From positions 120,564-174,400 of the forward strand of contig WELA01002296.1 in NCBI GenBank assembly GCA_009602735.1: a DNA stretch of 53,837 bases. The letters run 5' to 3'. Positions 25,282 through 35,800 of the stretch are shown piece by piece. Source of the stretch: Mesotaenium endlicherianum. Lineage: Eukaryota. Made by a program: the position numbers and the translations under genes. A model generated the notes under the pieces. It saw nothing but the letters and a program-made list of their open reading frames with translations, had not been told where the DNA came from and searched no databases. How positions within the stretch are numbered: the first letter of the stretch is position 1; each line of letters begins with the position of its first letter.

Positions 25282-25973
25282 CTTCATACAAATGACCATC
25301 AGTTGTTCAAAAAAAACCTCCATTTTTTGAGGTTACTAAAGACCCTCATAGGTAGTCATGAAATGAAAAATATTTTAATGGTCATAGAATCACTTTAAGT
25401 TATGGGCCTCCAAAGTTTGCCATGTGGCGCTTTTCACACATGTAAAGATTGGCCGTAAGTAAAATGCGGTATGCTTGTAGTATGGATCTGAAAATTATTT
25501 TTTCGGATTTGTCATGCCTCTACAAAGCTATTGGTGAAGTTTTGGGTCATTCCATTCAGTGAGACCCAAGATATGCACACAAACTGAAATCTGCAAAAGT
25601 AAGCGATAATTGGATAATATTATATATTGCACTATCCTTTCACTTCATACAAATGGCCATAACTTGTACTCCACTTTCTCGATTCCCCCCAAATTTTCAG
25701 GAGGCATTAAGGACCCAAGTGGGTAACCATGGATAAAAAAGTTTGCATCAAACCACACCAGGCTATGAGCCTCCATAATGTGACATGTGGAGTTTCTCGC
25801 ACATGTGAAGCATGCCAGTATGTACAATGCAGAAACACTTGGAGTACGTATCTGAAAATGGCTCTACTAGATTGTGCACCTCGCCATAGTGTTACTGGTC
25901 AAGTTACAGCCCATTCTAAGCACCACAGCCCAAGATAGGGCCCATGAGCTACATATGCAAAAGTAGGCGATAA
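25282..25973 (+). repeat. Two diverged tandem units with ~362-bp period upstream of the transposase
   Basis: Collinear motif pairs at offset ~361-364: CTTCATACAAATG[A/G]CCAT (25282/25643), TATG[G/A]GCCTCCA, CACATGT[A/G]AAG, ATCTGAAAAT, CCCAAGATA, TGCAAAAGTA[A/G]GCGATAA (25592/25956). Confidence 0.8.
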
Positions 25974-26509
25974 GTCGCCTACTTCTTGAAATGTGACTTT
26001 TTTTCATGCATGTGTTCAGTGGCATATGTTAACAATGCTATTACTTTGCATGACTGCTCTTCTATTTACGAGGATTTCATAACAGTTTCAGGTTTAATAT
26101 GTGATGGTGTTTTCAGACTTGAAGAGTTTTCTGAAGTTTAATGAAAATTACGCGTAGAAAAATTGACATTTTAGTTTCACACCCTCATAAGTCCTGCTAC
26201 ATGTGCATTTCAATGTATGCCAATTTCTTGGTGTGTAGGCAGAGGTGAACTCTACAAGCTCATTTAATTTATTTTTTTCTAAAATGCAAAAAACATTTTA
26301 TATAATTAAAAAAATAAAAAAACAAAAAATGCCAAAAAAAATTGCTGAACCAACATTTTACCACCTACTTACCTACCAATCCGCCTATATCTCTGTGCAC
26401 ATTCATACAAAATTTCTTTTTCATCATCATGGATCCTGTAGAGTCTGTGTCTCAGGTAGAACCTGCACCCATTCTTTGAGCCAAAAAACATCATGATTAA
26501 CCCAATAAA

Positions 26510-28810
26510 ATGACATTACCAAGAGTGCAAACTAACCCAAACATGCCTAGTGGAGCAGGTGGCAGATTTCTGAAGAGGAAGAAAACAGCAGCTGAGAAAG
26601 CACCTGTAGATACTTCAAAGAGGCTAGAGAGTAATGTAAAGAGATACAAGTCTGAAATGCTAAAATATGCAGATGAAAACAGAAGCCTGAAGAGGAAAAC
26701 AGCTGATAGGGAGGTACAGGTTGCTTGGCAGTTCATGGACATGAAGAAAGACTTGAGAGGTGCTAAGAGAGAGATAAGGTACCTGAAGCATAAGGTGTCT
26801 ATGGCAGCCCCTCAAATTCCTCTAGCAAAGCGTCGTAGAGTAGGTGGAAGATCTGCAAGAACATGGCAAAGAATGAGCAATGACCTGAAGCTATTTATGG
26901 GGGACAAGTTTGGATGTGAGATAAACATGACCAAGTCATTCACAACCTTCTTGAACAAGCCAGAGAACAAAGACATGCTGGAAGATATTACAACAGAATT
27001 GCACCTGAAGCCAATTATAGAGGAGGCCACAGTGAAGCAAATAGAGGAGCAGTGGGATGACAGATTAGGGCTGGCTATCAAGTACAAGTTGAAGCTTTCT
27101 CAAGAGCAATACCAAATGCTTGTCAACATCATGTCAAAGACATACTCTCAAGCAACAGGACTATGGGAGCCCAAGTACATCAAGAACACCAAGATTCCCC
27201 TCCCCAAGCTGCCTTCCAGGAGGAAAGTAGAGAACCTGGCAGCCAAGATCTATGCTCAAGTGGGACCCAAAGAGAGTGCAGATGGGCTGACAGTGACCTT
27301 GACATTGCAAGAAACTTTAAGACAACGCATAGTACGATTGCAGCTCCAACCAGGCAGAGTAGTAAGGGTGCAGACTATAGGAGACGCACCAGCACTACAC
27401 AGGGGAGTGGACCAGACTACAATAGCTGTCAAAATTATAACAAAGGACAGCTTGGGCATGACAAACTCAGCAGCTAATACCTGCACTCTTGTATGCTTTG
27501 AAGGTCAGGATGACTACAACAGCATACAGGGAGTGTCTTCGAGGCTGCTGGAGGAAATGGGCACTGTCATTACAGCAGGCCTGCATGTAGGAGAAGACCT
27601 ATTCAGAGTCAAGTTCTATCAAGGTGGCGATTACAAATTCAGTAACAGCTTGTTTGGGTTGACTGGAGCAAGCTCAACATACCCGTGCTTATGGTGCCTC
27701 TGCACGTTGAAGGACATCCACGACAGGTGTCATCGCGGTGCCCCTCGCACCTTCGAGGGGATGAAGGCTGCTCCTCATGCCCCTGATTTGGGCAAGTTGC
27801 TGATGACGTGTCCACACTGCTCAAAACATTTTGAGAGTATGTCAGACCTGGCCAACGACATCATAAAGACGACGCGGGGCAAGCCACAGAAGGAGAGTAC
27901 TAAGGCCAGACTGTACTACCAACTCCAGCACCAAGGGCAAAGGCATAAGAAGCCACCGTTGTTTAATATACCTCCCAACGACTGTGTTGTGGGCATATTG
28001 CACTTGAACTTGAGAATTTCAGCTACACTATATGAGAGAACTGTGCATGCATTCTTACCAGCAGGGCAGGACAAGGAGGATGAATTCTACAAATTCTTGA
28101 TAGAAAAAGTGAAGGCATCACTACCTAAGGAGGCTGTGAAGGCCTTGAAGAAAGGCGAGAAGAGAAACAGGGCAGCCAAGCCAAGCTTCATTGGACGAGA
28201 GTGCCGCCGCCTCCTCGAGCACTTTGTAGAGCTGGCAGAGTGTGTCTTTTGTAACCTGCGTGATGATGCGGAACAGTTCCAAGCCGTATTAGAAGCATGG
28301 GATGCTTATGGTGTGTGTTTGGCTGCCCTTATGGAGCCAATATCTGCATTAGACACGAACAACGAGAGAGAAGCTAAAGCTTCTCTTGTGGAGGCCCTTG
28401 CTGAAGACTTTAAGGACAAGTTTGTAGTAGCTGGCGCAGCAGACCACATTATTGAGTACATGCACATATTGAAGTGCCACATAGGGGATATGATCAGGAG
28501 ACATGGGGACCTAGATCAATTCAGTGGGGAAGGTATAGAGGCATTGCATCAATGGAGGAAATCAGCCAAGACAAACAAGAGGAAGTTGATGGTGGACGCT
28601 ACAGGACGAGTGTATTGCAGAGAGAGAATAGGCCAGACAACACATAAAGAGAGTGGGAAGAGAGCTCTACATACCATCACAGAGCTGCCATTGAGTAGAA
28701 ATGAAAGACAAAAGAGGAAGAAGGTGGTGTTCAAGCGACGACAACTAGCACCAATTGTGACAAGTTCTGATCCAGCAGACACAGAAGAAGCAGCTGGAGA
28801 AGTAGAGTAG
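26510..28810 (+). CDS. RAG1-core/Transib-like DDE transposase, 766 aa, intronless and uninterrupted
   Basis: Motifs in RAG1 order: LSQEQYQML (RAG1 LSCSQYHKM); VQTIGD292 (catalytic D1); NSAANTCTLVCFEGQDDY (RAG1 NSELCCKPLCLMLADESDH); GGD374YK (D2; RAG1 GYDEK); GLTGASSTYPC393LWC396 (RAG1 GLEASGSVYICTLC); ILH498L; FIGRECRRLL (RAG1 MNGNFARKL); YMH652ILKCH657 (RAG1 YFHKTLAH); HGDLDQFSGEGIE677 (RAG1 DGSIGAWASEGNE). Confidence 0.88.
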   Translation: MTLPRVQTNPNMPSGAGGRFLKRKKTAAEKAPVDTSKRLESNVKRYKSEMLKYADENRSLKRKTADREVQVAWQFMDMKKDLRGAKREIRYLKHKVSMAAPQIPLAKRRRVGGRSARTWQRMSNDLKLFMGDKFGCEINMTKSFTTFLNKPENKDMLEDITTELHLKPIIEEATVKQIEEQWDDRLGLAIKYKLKLSQEQYQMLVNIMSKTYSQATGLWEPKYIKNTKIPLPKLPSRRKVENLAAKIYAQVGPKESADGLTVTLTLQETLRQRIVRLQLQPGRVVRVQTIGDAPALHRGVDQTTIAVKIITKDSLGMTNSAANTCTLVCFEGQDDYNSIQGVSSRLLEEMGTVITAGLHVGEDLFRVKFYQGGDYKFSNSLFGLTGASSTYPCLWCLCTLKDIHDRCHRGAPRTFEGMKAAPHAPDLGKLLMTCPHCSKHFESMSDLANDIIKTTRGKPQKESTKARLYYQLQHQGQRHKKPPLFNIPPNDCVVGILHLNLRISATLYERTVHAFLPAGQDKEDEFYKFLIEKVKASLPKEAVKALKKGEKRNRAAKPSFIGRECRRLLEHFVELAECVFCNLRDDAEQFQAVLEAWDAYGVCLAALMEPISALDTNNEREAKASLVEALAEDFKDKFVVAGAADHIIEYMHILKCHIGDMIRRHGDLDQFSGEGIEALHQWRKSAKTNKRKLMVDATGRVYCRERIGQTTHKESGKRALHTITELPLSRNERQKRKKVVFKRRQLAPIVTSSDPADTEEAAGEVE

Positions 28811-29967
28811 CTAGGGTACATGCTTAGAGTAGGAAGAAAACATTAAATGAAATGTACAATATGTATATATGCAGCTCACCTGATTAGCTAGAGTACTTCT
28901 CTTGTTAGCAGCTACCTCGCGCGCTCTTTTTATAAGCTCTTTTGATGACAAGTGCTTGCCTTCGCTTACCAAAGCTTGCATTGCTTGAGCATGCTCCTTC
29001 TTTTGTTGCGCAATCAACTTGCCTTCCTCTTCTCTGTGTTGAAGCACTTGTCTCACTTCATCCGCAACCTTAGCTCTTGCCTCTCTCATAACTTGTATAG
29101 TAGCTTGTTTAGCTAGCTTAGAGGTAGTAGGAGGTTGAGGTGCAAAAGTAGCATGAGAATTTGCTTTTCTTTCAGAAGGTGTGCGCAGAACCTGTGATCT
29201 TTGCAATCTCAACTCACGGGCTGCTAAATCAGCAATATCTTGCAACTCACAGGCTCTCTTGTAGTTTACCCTCTCTGTCTCAATCCTCTCTTGTTCCTTC
29301 CGTAACAGGTTTGCTCTCGCAATTTGTGCTGCCTCTATCATGGCATCCTTAACTTCAAGCCCATGTACTTGCATCCTAAGAGGGTAATCTGCAAGTCTAT
29401 AGTGTATATGAGTGCTAGTATCAATATGATGATGTGCCTTCCAAACAAGTCTGTCATAACACCGGTCAGGGGCCATCACGAATTTAAAACTGAAAATGAA
29501 AACTTTAAAGTGAGAGTTTTCTCTCCAGACTTATTCATCCTCCATTCCATAGAAAAAGGGGGATAATAGCTACCACCTCTCCCGATTTTGGAAGCAATTT
29601 GGCAACCCCATAGCCCAAATCAGCATTCACAGATTGAAAACAAAGAAGAGCATCTAAATCCTCTATAGTCCATCACACTCTTCGAATACTTCGAGACACC
29701 ATGGGCTCGATTTTGGTAATATAGTGGGACACTTCTTTGCCTACACGTGCAAAAAGAGTCTCAAATAAGTTCTTAGGCACGTTCACATCATTAATGCAAA
29801 CACTTGGTTGAGGAGTAGAGTCTATCCTCTTATAGACACGTAACAAGCCAGCCCATAGGGTCCACTTCTAAAGCCCGCATGAAAGACTTGTTGTACTTCT
29901 GACAATACAAAAGTCCCATACCTCTTGCTGCACCACAGTTGCTGCAGTAGTTGGAGAATGACGCCAT
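28811..29967 (-). pseudogene. Decayed or spliced ORF convergent with the transposase; N-terminal zinc-ribbon-like motif, C-terminal charged coiled coil
   Basis: ATG at 29967 gives MASFSNYCSNCGAARGMGLLYCQK. Protein-like segments continue through frame changes and stops (LLRVYKRIDSTPQPSVCINDVNVPKNLFETLFARVGKEV...WTIEDLDALL...EVVAII; PPFSMEWRMNKSGEKTLTLKF) into the open 222-aa frame 29479-28811, whose stop abuts the transposase stop. Confidence 0.55.
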
Positions 29968-30636
29968 GCTATAGAGAGCGATCTTTCGGGCCTGGTTCTA
30001 ACCGTCGCAACCCCACCCCAAAAAGAATGAAGTTAAGAGGTGAATAAGTAGTAATATAGTACTAAAATTGTACTACTACTGCTCTCCAGCCCGATCTCAA
30101 GTAAATAAGAACTTATTGTTAGAGTAATAATTAAATCCTCAAATCTGGCCCCAACCCTAAAGTTTGCCCTCAATCTGCCCCCAAGGCAAAAGTTTAGTAA
30201 ATATGATTTGTATTCCCTTTTTATGCTGTTTATGTTGACACACACTTGACTGTGTTTTCCAGGCTGCTCGTATCCCTCCTCACAAAACCATCTCTAAATA
30301 TATAGAAACAACTTTGTCCAAAAATCCATGGGGCAAATATGACCCTAAGCCGATCTGGTTCTTTCAAAGCAAAAAACAAGCATTATAAACAATTGTGCTG
30401 GAAGTTGATGGGACAGAAGTGTAGCAAAAAGAGCCATAGTTTTACCTCTAACACGCTCTACAATCACGAATCCGCCACTTTGATTTAGTCGTAGATGACT
30501 TGAATCTTCGTCTTAAATCTTAGTTTTTGTTGTGAGGTGTTCGCCCTCAAGTGCTTAACAACTTTTACTTAGGACTTGTAAGAGCTAACAGCGTGTACAA
30601 GGAATACAAAGAGGAAAGAGTGAGCTGCTGCAACGC

Positions 30637-31355
30637 TGTAATGAATCAGTATATTAGTGGATATAATATTCATTTAAATATAATAGTTAATTAAGTTCAG
30701 CCTGCTAAATTTTAGTTAATAGTCAGTCTGCTGGACTTTACATAATTATCAGTTTAATGACTCAGCCGGAAGCAGCAGGCTGAAGTCCATATAAGTCAGC
30801 TTGCTGACCCATTCTTTGACAGCCAACTGACTTCCGTACTCGGTAGCAGCGAACTGCCTTGACTTACACCTAAGTACGATATGCTAAATGAATGGCCAGA
30901 TGACATCCCTATGATGGATGGCTATTCGGGATGATGGGAGATGGCGGTGGATTTGGTTAACCGAGGTCCTACCAACGTGGTTAACTCCCGGGTAGGCGGT
31001 GCCATCGCACTGACCGTTGAACAGTAAACTCATTCCATGTACATATGCTAGGCATTGCTCTCGAGTTCGGCATTCGGAAACGAGGCCAACTCTCCTGTAC
31101 AGCTTACTGAGAGAGATCTGAATCCAAGGCGAGAAGCCATTGATACGCACTGTCTTCTAACCTTGCTTATGTATGAGTTTACTGATTTGCATCATTGATG
31201 CTAGTTTACTCGCATTTGACTTACGAGTATTATTCCCTGCTAGTGTATTGTCCTTTGCCGTTTAACTAGTTAACGGAAATACCATGAAGATTACTTGTTG
31301 ATATAAAAATCTTTATTAATTGTTAATCGCTTATTTGGTAAGTCGATTCATTTCA
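30637..31355 (+). repeat. 5' LTR (719 bp)
   Basis: Starts TGTAATGAATC and ends GATTCATTTCA (imperfect terminal inverted repeat); homologous to 38710-39455. Confidence 0.95.
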
Positions 31356-31356
31356 G

Positions 31357-31368
31357 TGGTATCGGAGC
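31357..31368 (+). promoter_or_regulatory. Primer-binding site, tRNA-iMet type
   Basis: TGGTATCGGAGC, 1 nt after the 5' LTR; the canonical plant iMet PBS is TGGTATCAGAGC, so the single A>G would form a G:U pair. Confidence 0.85.
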
Positions 31369-31389
31369 AGTTATCACAGTCTTCTTTGT

Positions 31390-32868
31390 ATGGTAAGGAC
31401 AAGGTCTCAAACTAGCAACTCCCGAGACATGGAGAACCAGGATAACGAGAATGTCGAAAACCAGGCGGAAAGCCATGTAGCGGGAAACCGTACCTATTCG
31501 GAAGCAGTAGCGGATACTGCAGCTAGGGAGGCAGCAGATGAGGCAGCTGCTATTGCCTCAGTCGCAGCTCAGCAAGCTGAGGAGGAGATAGCCAGACTAG
31601 AAGCTGAACAAGTAGCAAAGGCCGCTGAAGATATACAAAGGAGGGAAGGACAGCCAGCTGACGAGCGCACTGTTGAAGAACTTATGGCATCAAGGGCCAA
31701 TGTTCTGAACCCACCTCCTGCCGTACAACTCAATGTACCCCTAGGTCAAATACGTGACCGGCTGAATGCGGCAGGAATTGCTGCTGCAGGAGCAAGAGGG
31801 ATTGTTGAGGACACTACTCAGCGAGTAGATGCCAATGCTGCTGCTGCATTTGCTAATCTACCACCCCAAAATGTAGACTTGGGAGCATTGTTCGTTCAGA
31901 TGCAGTCGCAAATGGCGACCATGTATCAGTCCCAGCAGGAGGACAAAAGAATCATAATGTCCCTACTCCGGGACAGAGACCAACTGGGGTCTCACACCAC
32001 TAGTGGTGGTGGCCGAGGGCCTAGTAAGCCCAAGCCGAAACCTCCCCAGGACTATGATCCTGAGGGAAACAGAAAATATTACCTGATCAAGTTTCTCGCG
32101 GATGTTGAGCAGTGGCTGGAGAACTACCCAGAACTGCAAGATTACGAGAAGGTCAGGCACACCGGTGCGCTACTGAAAGGCAGTGCCGCAGACTGGTGGC
32201 TTTACTGGAAGGAAGAGCGTAAGGCTCGGCAACTCGGTGACCCTACGTGGGTAGAGTTTGTCGAGAAGTTGCATGAGAAGTTTGATGTCATCAACCAGCA
32301 GGAGAAAGCTATCTATGCGATGATCTCCCTGACACTGAAGCAGACCACTTCAGTTGCTGAGTTTGCTCAAAAGTTCCAAGAGAACATGATGAAGCAGCCT
32401 GATTTGCCAGAACGGTATAGGATAGCATACTTCAGGTATGGCTTGAAATCCGAGGTCTCTGGTCATTTTGCTGAGAAAAAGTATGAGAAACTGGCTGACT
32501 TGATCCAGGATGCTGACGCCTGGGATCAGCAGCAGTTCAATCACAAGCGCCAGAGTAACGCTTTGGTGTCTAAGATTGTCAAAAAGCCCCACGGTTCCTA
32601 CAATGCAGTTGAAGGAGACCAGGCTGAGGATAATCAGGGTGATGAATATGAGTATGAGTACAATGCTATTCAGTCTAGAGGTAGAGGTGGTCCCTCTCGA
32701 GGTGGCTATGGAAGGGGTGGTGGTAGGACTAAGCCGAGACCAGCCTCAGCAAAATCTACTTGCTACCATTGTCAGCAGAAAGGCCACTACAGAGAACAGT
32801 GTTCGGTCAAGCACCTGCCTAAGGTCAAGAGAAAAGACCAGCCTTTAAAAGACAGCAACAGTCAGTAA
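31390..32868 (+). CDS. gag: Retrotransposon Gag, 492 aa
   Basis: MVRTRS start; capsid-like LKGSAADWW...PTWVEFVEKLHEKF and FRYGLKSEV; RGG stretch; zinc knuckle CYHCQQKGHYREQC. Confidence 0.93.
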   Translation: MVRTRSQTSNSRDMENQDNENVENQAESHVAGNRTYSEAVADTAAREAADEAAAIASVAAQQAEEEIARLEAEQVAKAAEDIQRREGQPADERTVEELMASRANVLNPPPAVQLNVPLGQIRDRLNAAGIAAAGARGIVEDTTQRVDANAAAAFANLPPQNVDLGALFVQMQSQMATMYQSQQEDKRIIMSLLRDRDQLGSHTTSGGGRGPSKPKPKPPQDYDPEGNRKYYLIKFLADVEQWLENYPELQDYEKVRHTGALLKGSAADWWLYWKEERKARQLGDPTWVEFVEKLHEKFDVINQQEKAIYAMISLTLKQTTSVAEFAQKFQENMMKQPDLPERYRIAYFRYGLKSEVSGHFAEKKYEKLADLIQDADAWDQQQFNHKRQSNALVSKIVKKPHGSYNAVEGDQAEDNQGDEYEYEYNAIQSRGRGGPSRGGYGRGGGRTKPRPASAKSTCYHCQQKGHYREQCSVKHLPKVKRKDQPLKDSNSQ

Positions 32869-32886
32869 TCCAGTGCTACTGACTGT
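32844..32886 (+). promoter_or_regulatory. -1 ribosomal frameshift-like signal at the gag/pol junction
   Basis: Slippery heptamer T TTA AAA (32844-32850) correctly phased in gag, 7-nt spacer, then a perfect 10-bp stem ACAGTCAGTA (32858-32867) / TACTGACTGT (32877-32886). Confidence 0.7.
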
Positions 32887-35800
32887 GAGGATGCTAGAGA
32901 TAGTGAGTCGTCACTAGCTGCCCTCGTAGCAGGTATTATGGGTCGTGCTGAACTGGATTCACTATGCATGCCTGACAACCAGATAAAGGAGACCATCAGC
33001 AATATGGACGTCCAGAGAGTGCACACTCTGGATGCTCTTGTTCCACCTGATGTCCAACATTTCTTTGCTACGTCAGGAGAACAATGCGAAAGTCAGGAAA
33101 AGACAGTCCCCCCTATCCTACTGCATTGCATGATTGCAGGTAGGAAGGTGAGGGCATTTGTTGACGGAGGGGCGTCACATACTTTTATCCACAAGGACTT
33201 AGTTAAGCGGCTAAGGCTGCCTACTGTCACCCAAGGGAATAGAAAAATATTCCTTGGAGATGCCTCAAGTATCCCGGGAGGAGTTATAACCAAGCCTATT
33301 GAGGTCCAGTTAGGTTCTGGCATTGCAGTTCTAACTGAAACGCTTACATTTGAGGTACTCAACACTGGCTTTTATGATCTCGTGCTAGGCAGGTCCTGGC
33401 TTAATAGACATCAAGCTGAAGTGTGTTGGAGCAGAGGTACAGTTAAAGTGAGAGGAGCCAGTGATGGGCAGACTGACTTGGCACCCACCAGTGCTCTTCC
33501 TCTTGTCCTGTGTGGATGGCAAATGAAGGAAAAGAAGAGGCTTCCAGAAGGATGCAAGTTGTTGAATGCAATGGAGTTCGTCAAAAGCTAGAACCAAAAG
33601 GAAAACAGAATGTTCTGTTTGCTGCTAAGAGAGGTACCTCCTCAACCTGAAGAATTGGTTGAGAAAAAGGTACGCCCTCCGGAGCACCCTACTGCTGCAA
33701 ACATTGTTGCTCAGTACACGGATGTGTTTAATATGCGTCCAGGACTACCCCCTAAGCGGGAAGTAGATCATAGGATTGACTTATTACCTGGTAGTCAGCC
33801 ACCCTGGCAACGCACGTATGGCTTGTCTTATTTGGAGAGTGAGGAGTTAAAAACACAGATTGCAGAGTTGGAGGAAAATAGTTACATTTCTCCCAGTAAA
33901 TCACCGTACGGAGCACCTATCCTATTTGTTAAAAAAAAGGATGGCAGTATGCGAATGTGTGTGGATTACAGAGCCCTGAACAGAATTACGGTAAAGAACA
34001 AGTATGCTTTACCCAGAATCGAGGACTTGCTTGATACCCTGTCTGGTGCTAAGGTGTTCAGTAAGATAGATCTCAAGAGTGGTTATCATCAAATCAGAAT
34101 TGCTGTGGGGGACGAACACAAGACTGCCTTCCGCACACGTTATGGACACTATGAATTCAACGTGATGCCATTTGGACTTACTAATGCCCCTGCTACCTTC
34201 ATGGGTGCTATGAATGACATTTTCAGACCTTATTTGGATAAGTTTGTGCAAGTTTTCCTGGATGATATTTTAATTTTCTCTAAAGATGAAGCTCAGCACA
34301 CTGAACACTTAAAGAAAGTGCTGGACACTCTGCGGAAAAATCACTTATATGCTAAAATGAGCAAGTGTGATTTCTTTAAGGAAAGTATTGAATTCTTAGG
34401 CCACGTTGTCAGTAAAGAGGGCATCAGTGTGGATCCTAAGAAAGTCCAGACCATAAGGGACTGGCCAGTACCACAGTCTGTCTCTGAAGTTAGATCCTTC
34501 CTCGGGTTGGCTAACTACTATAGGAGATTTATTGAGAATTATTCCACAAAGGCCAGTAAACTGACTGACCTTACTAAGAAAGACATCGGGTATGTGTGGG
34601 GGGAAGAGCAGCAGGCTGCCTTCCAGACCCTTAAAGATGCCCTTTGTTCTGCCCCAGTGCTAGCCGTGTATGACCCCAGCAAACCGGTGCAGGTGGTTAC
34701 TGATGCCTCTGATTTTGCCATGGGTGCTATTTTGTTGCAGCCTGCTGACAAAACCACAAAGAATGGTAAGGTACGGCAGGAGTGGCATCCTGTGTTATAT
34801 GAGTATGAAATTTAATCCAGCGGAAATTAATTACTCAGTGCATGATAAAGAGTTGCTAGCTATCATTCATGTACTCAAACAGTGGAGAGCATACTTACAT
34901 GGTAAGGCTTTTAAGGTGATTACAGATCATCTAGCTCTGACCCACTTTCAGAAGAAGTCCAAGCTGTCGAGGAGGGAGAACCGCTGGAGCCAGATGCTGG
35001 AGCAGTTCCAAGTCCAGATCGACTACAAACCAGGGAAGTTGAATCCTGCTGATGCACTCTCTAGAAGACCTGACTTGCAAGAAAGGAACTTTAGTCAGCA
35101 TGCTGTAGATAAAGTCCTGTGTGCACTCACTTCACTAAAGGTGAAAAAGTCCTTCCTTGAACAACTTAGGAAAGCCTACCTTTCTGACCCAACATTTGAG
35201 CCCAGCCCCACTACTGGTATGTGTCGTGCTACCGCACTCGGGTATAAGCTCAAGGGAGGGGTCTGGGTGACTGAAACCACTTCAGGCAGGCTGAAGCTGG
35301 TCATTCCTAATAATTTGGAAATAAGGTCTCTCTTACTGAGTCAAGCTCATGACAGTCTCCTGGGTGGACATTTGGGGCAGGCCAAAACTGTTGGCAAACT
35401 GGCAAAACATTATCATTGGGAGGGGTTACCCCGGGAGGTCTTGAAATATGTCAAGTCCTGTGACCAGTGTCAGAGAAATAAGTCTCGGCACACACCACCC
35501 GGAGGTCTCTTGCAACCGCTACCCATCCCAGCGGGACGCTGGGAAACTATATCCATGGACTGGGTGGTCTCACTACCAAGAACTGCCAACGGGCATGATT
35601 CAATACTGGTAGTCGTGGATAAACTGACAAAAATGGTCATTTTTATCCCCACAACTGTCAAAGTGACTGCACTCGAAACAGCGAGACAGTTTTACAACCA
35701 TGTAGTATGCCAACATGGGCTCCCTTCTAATATCATCTCAGACAGAGACTCAAAATTCACCTCTAAGTTCTGGAGAGCTTTAATGGGGTTAATGGGAGTC

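Larger units (their letters stand above)
25049..30400 (+). mobile_element. Putative RAG1-like/Transib-superfamily DNA transposon (transposase plus convergent ORF); ends approximate, TIRs not located
   Basis: AT-rich block holding diverged subterminal-type repeats (25282-25973), the DDE transposase (26510-28810) and a convergent ORF (29967-28811). Boundaries are inferred from composition only; the element may extend past the LTR retrotransposon insertion. Confidence 0.55.

Noticed and set aside
28811..29967. Calling the convergent ORF RAG2
   Set aside because: No Kelch GG/Y/W repeat pattern or PHD finger is visible; only the gene geometry matches.
30884..31150. 88-aa antisense ORF present in both LTRs
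   Set aside because: Non-ATG start and no recognisable motif; its duplication simply follows from LTR identity.
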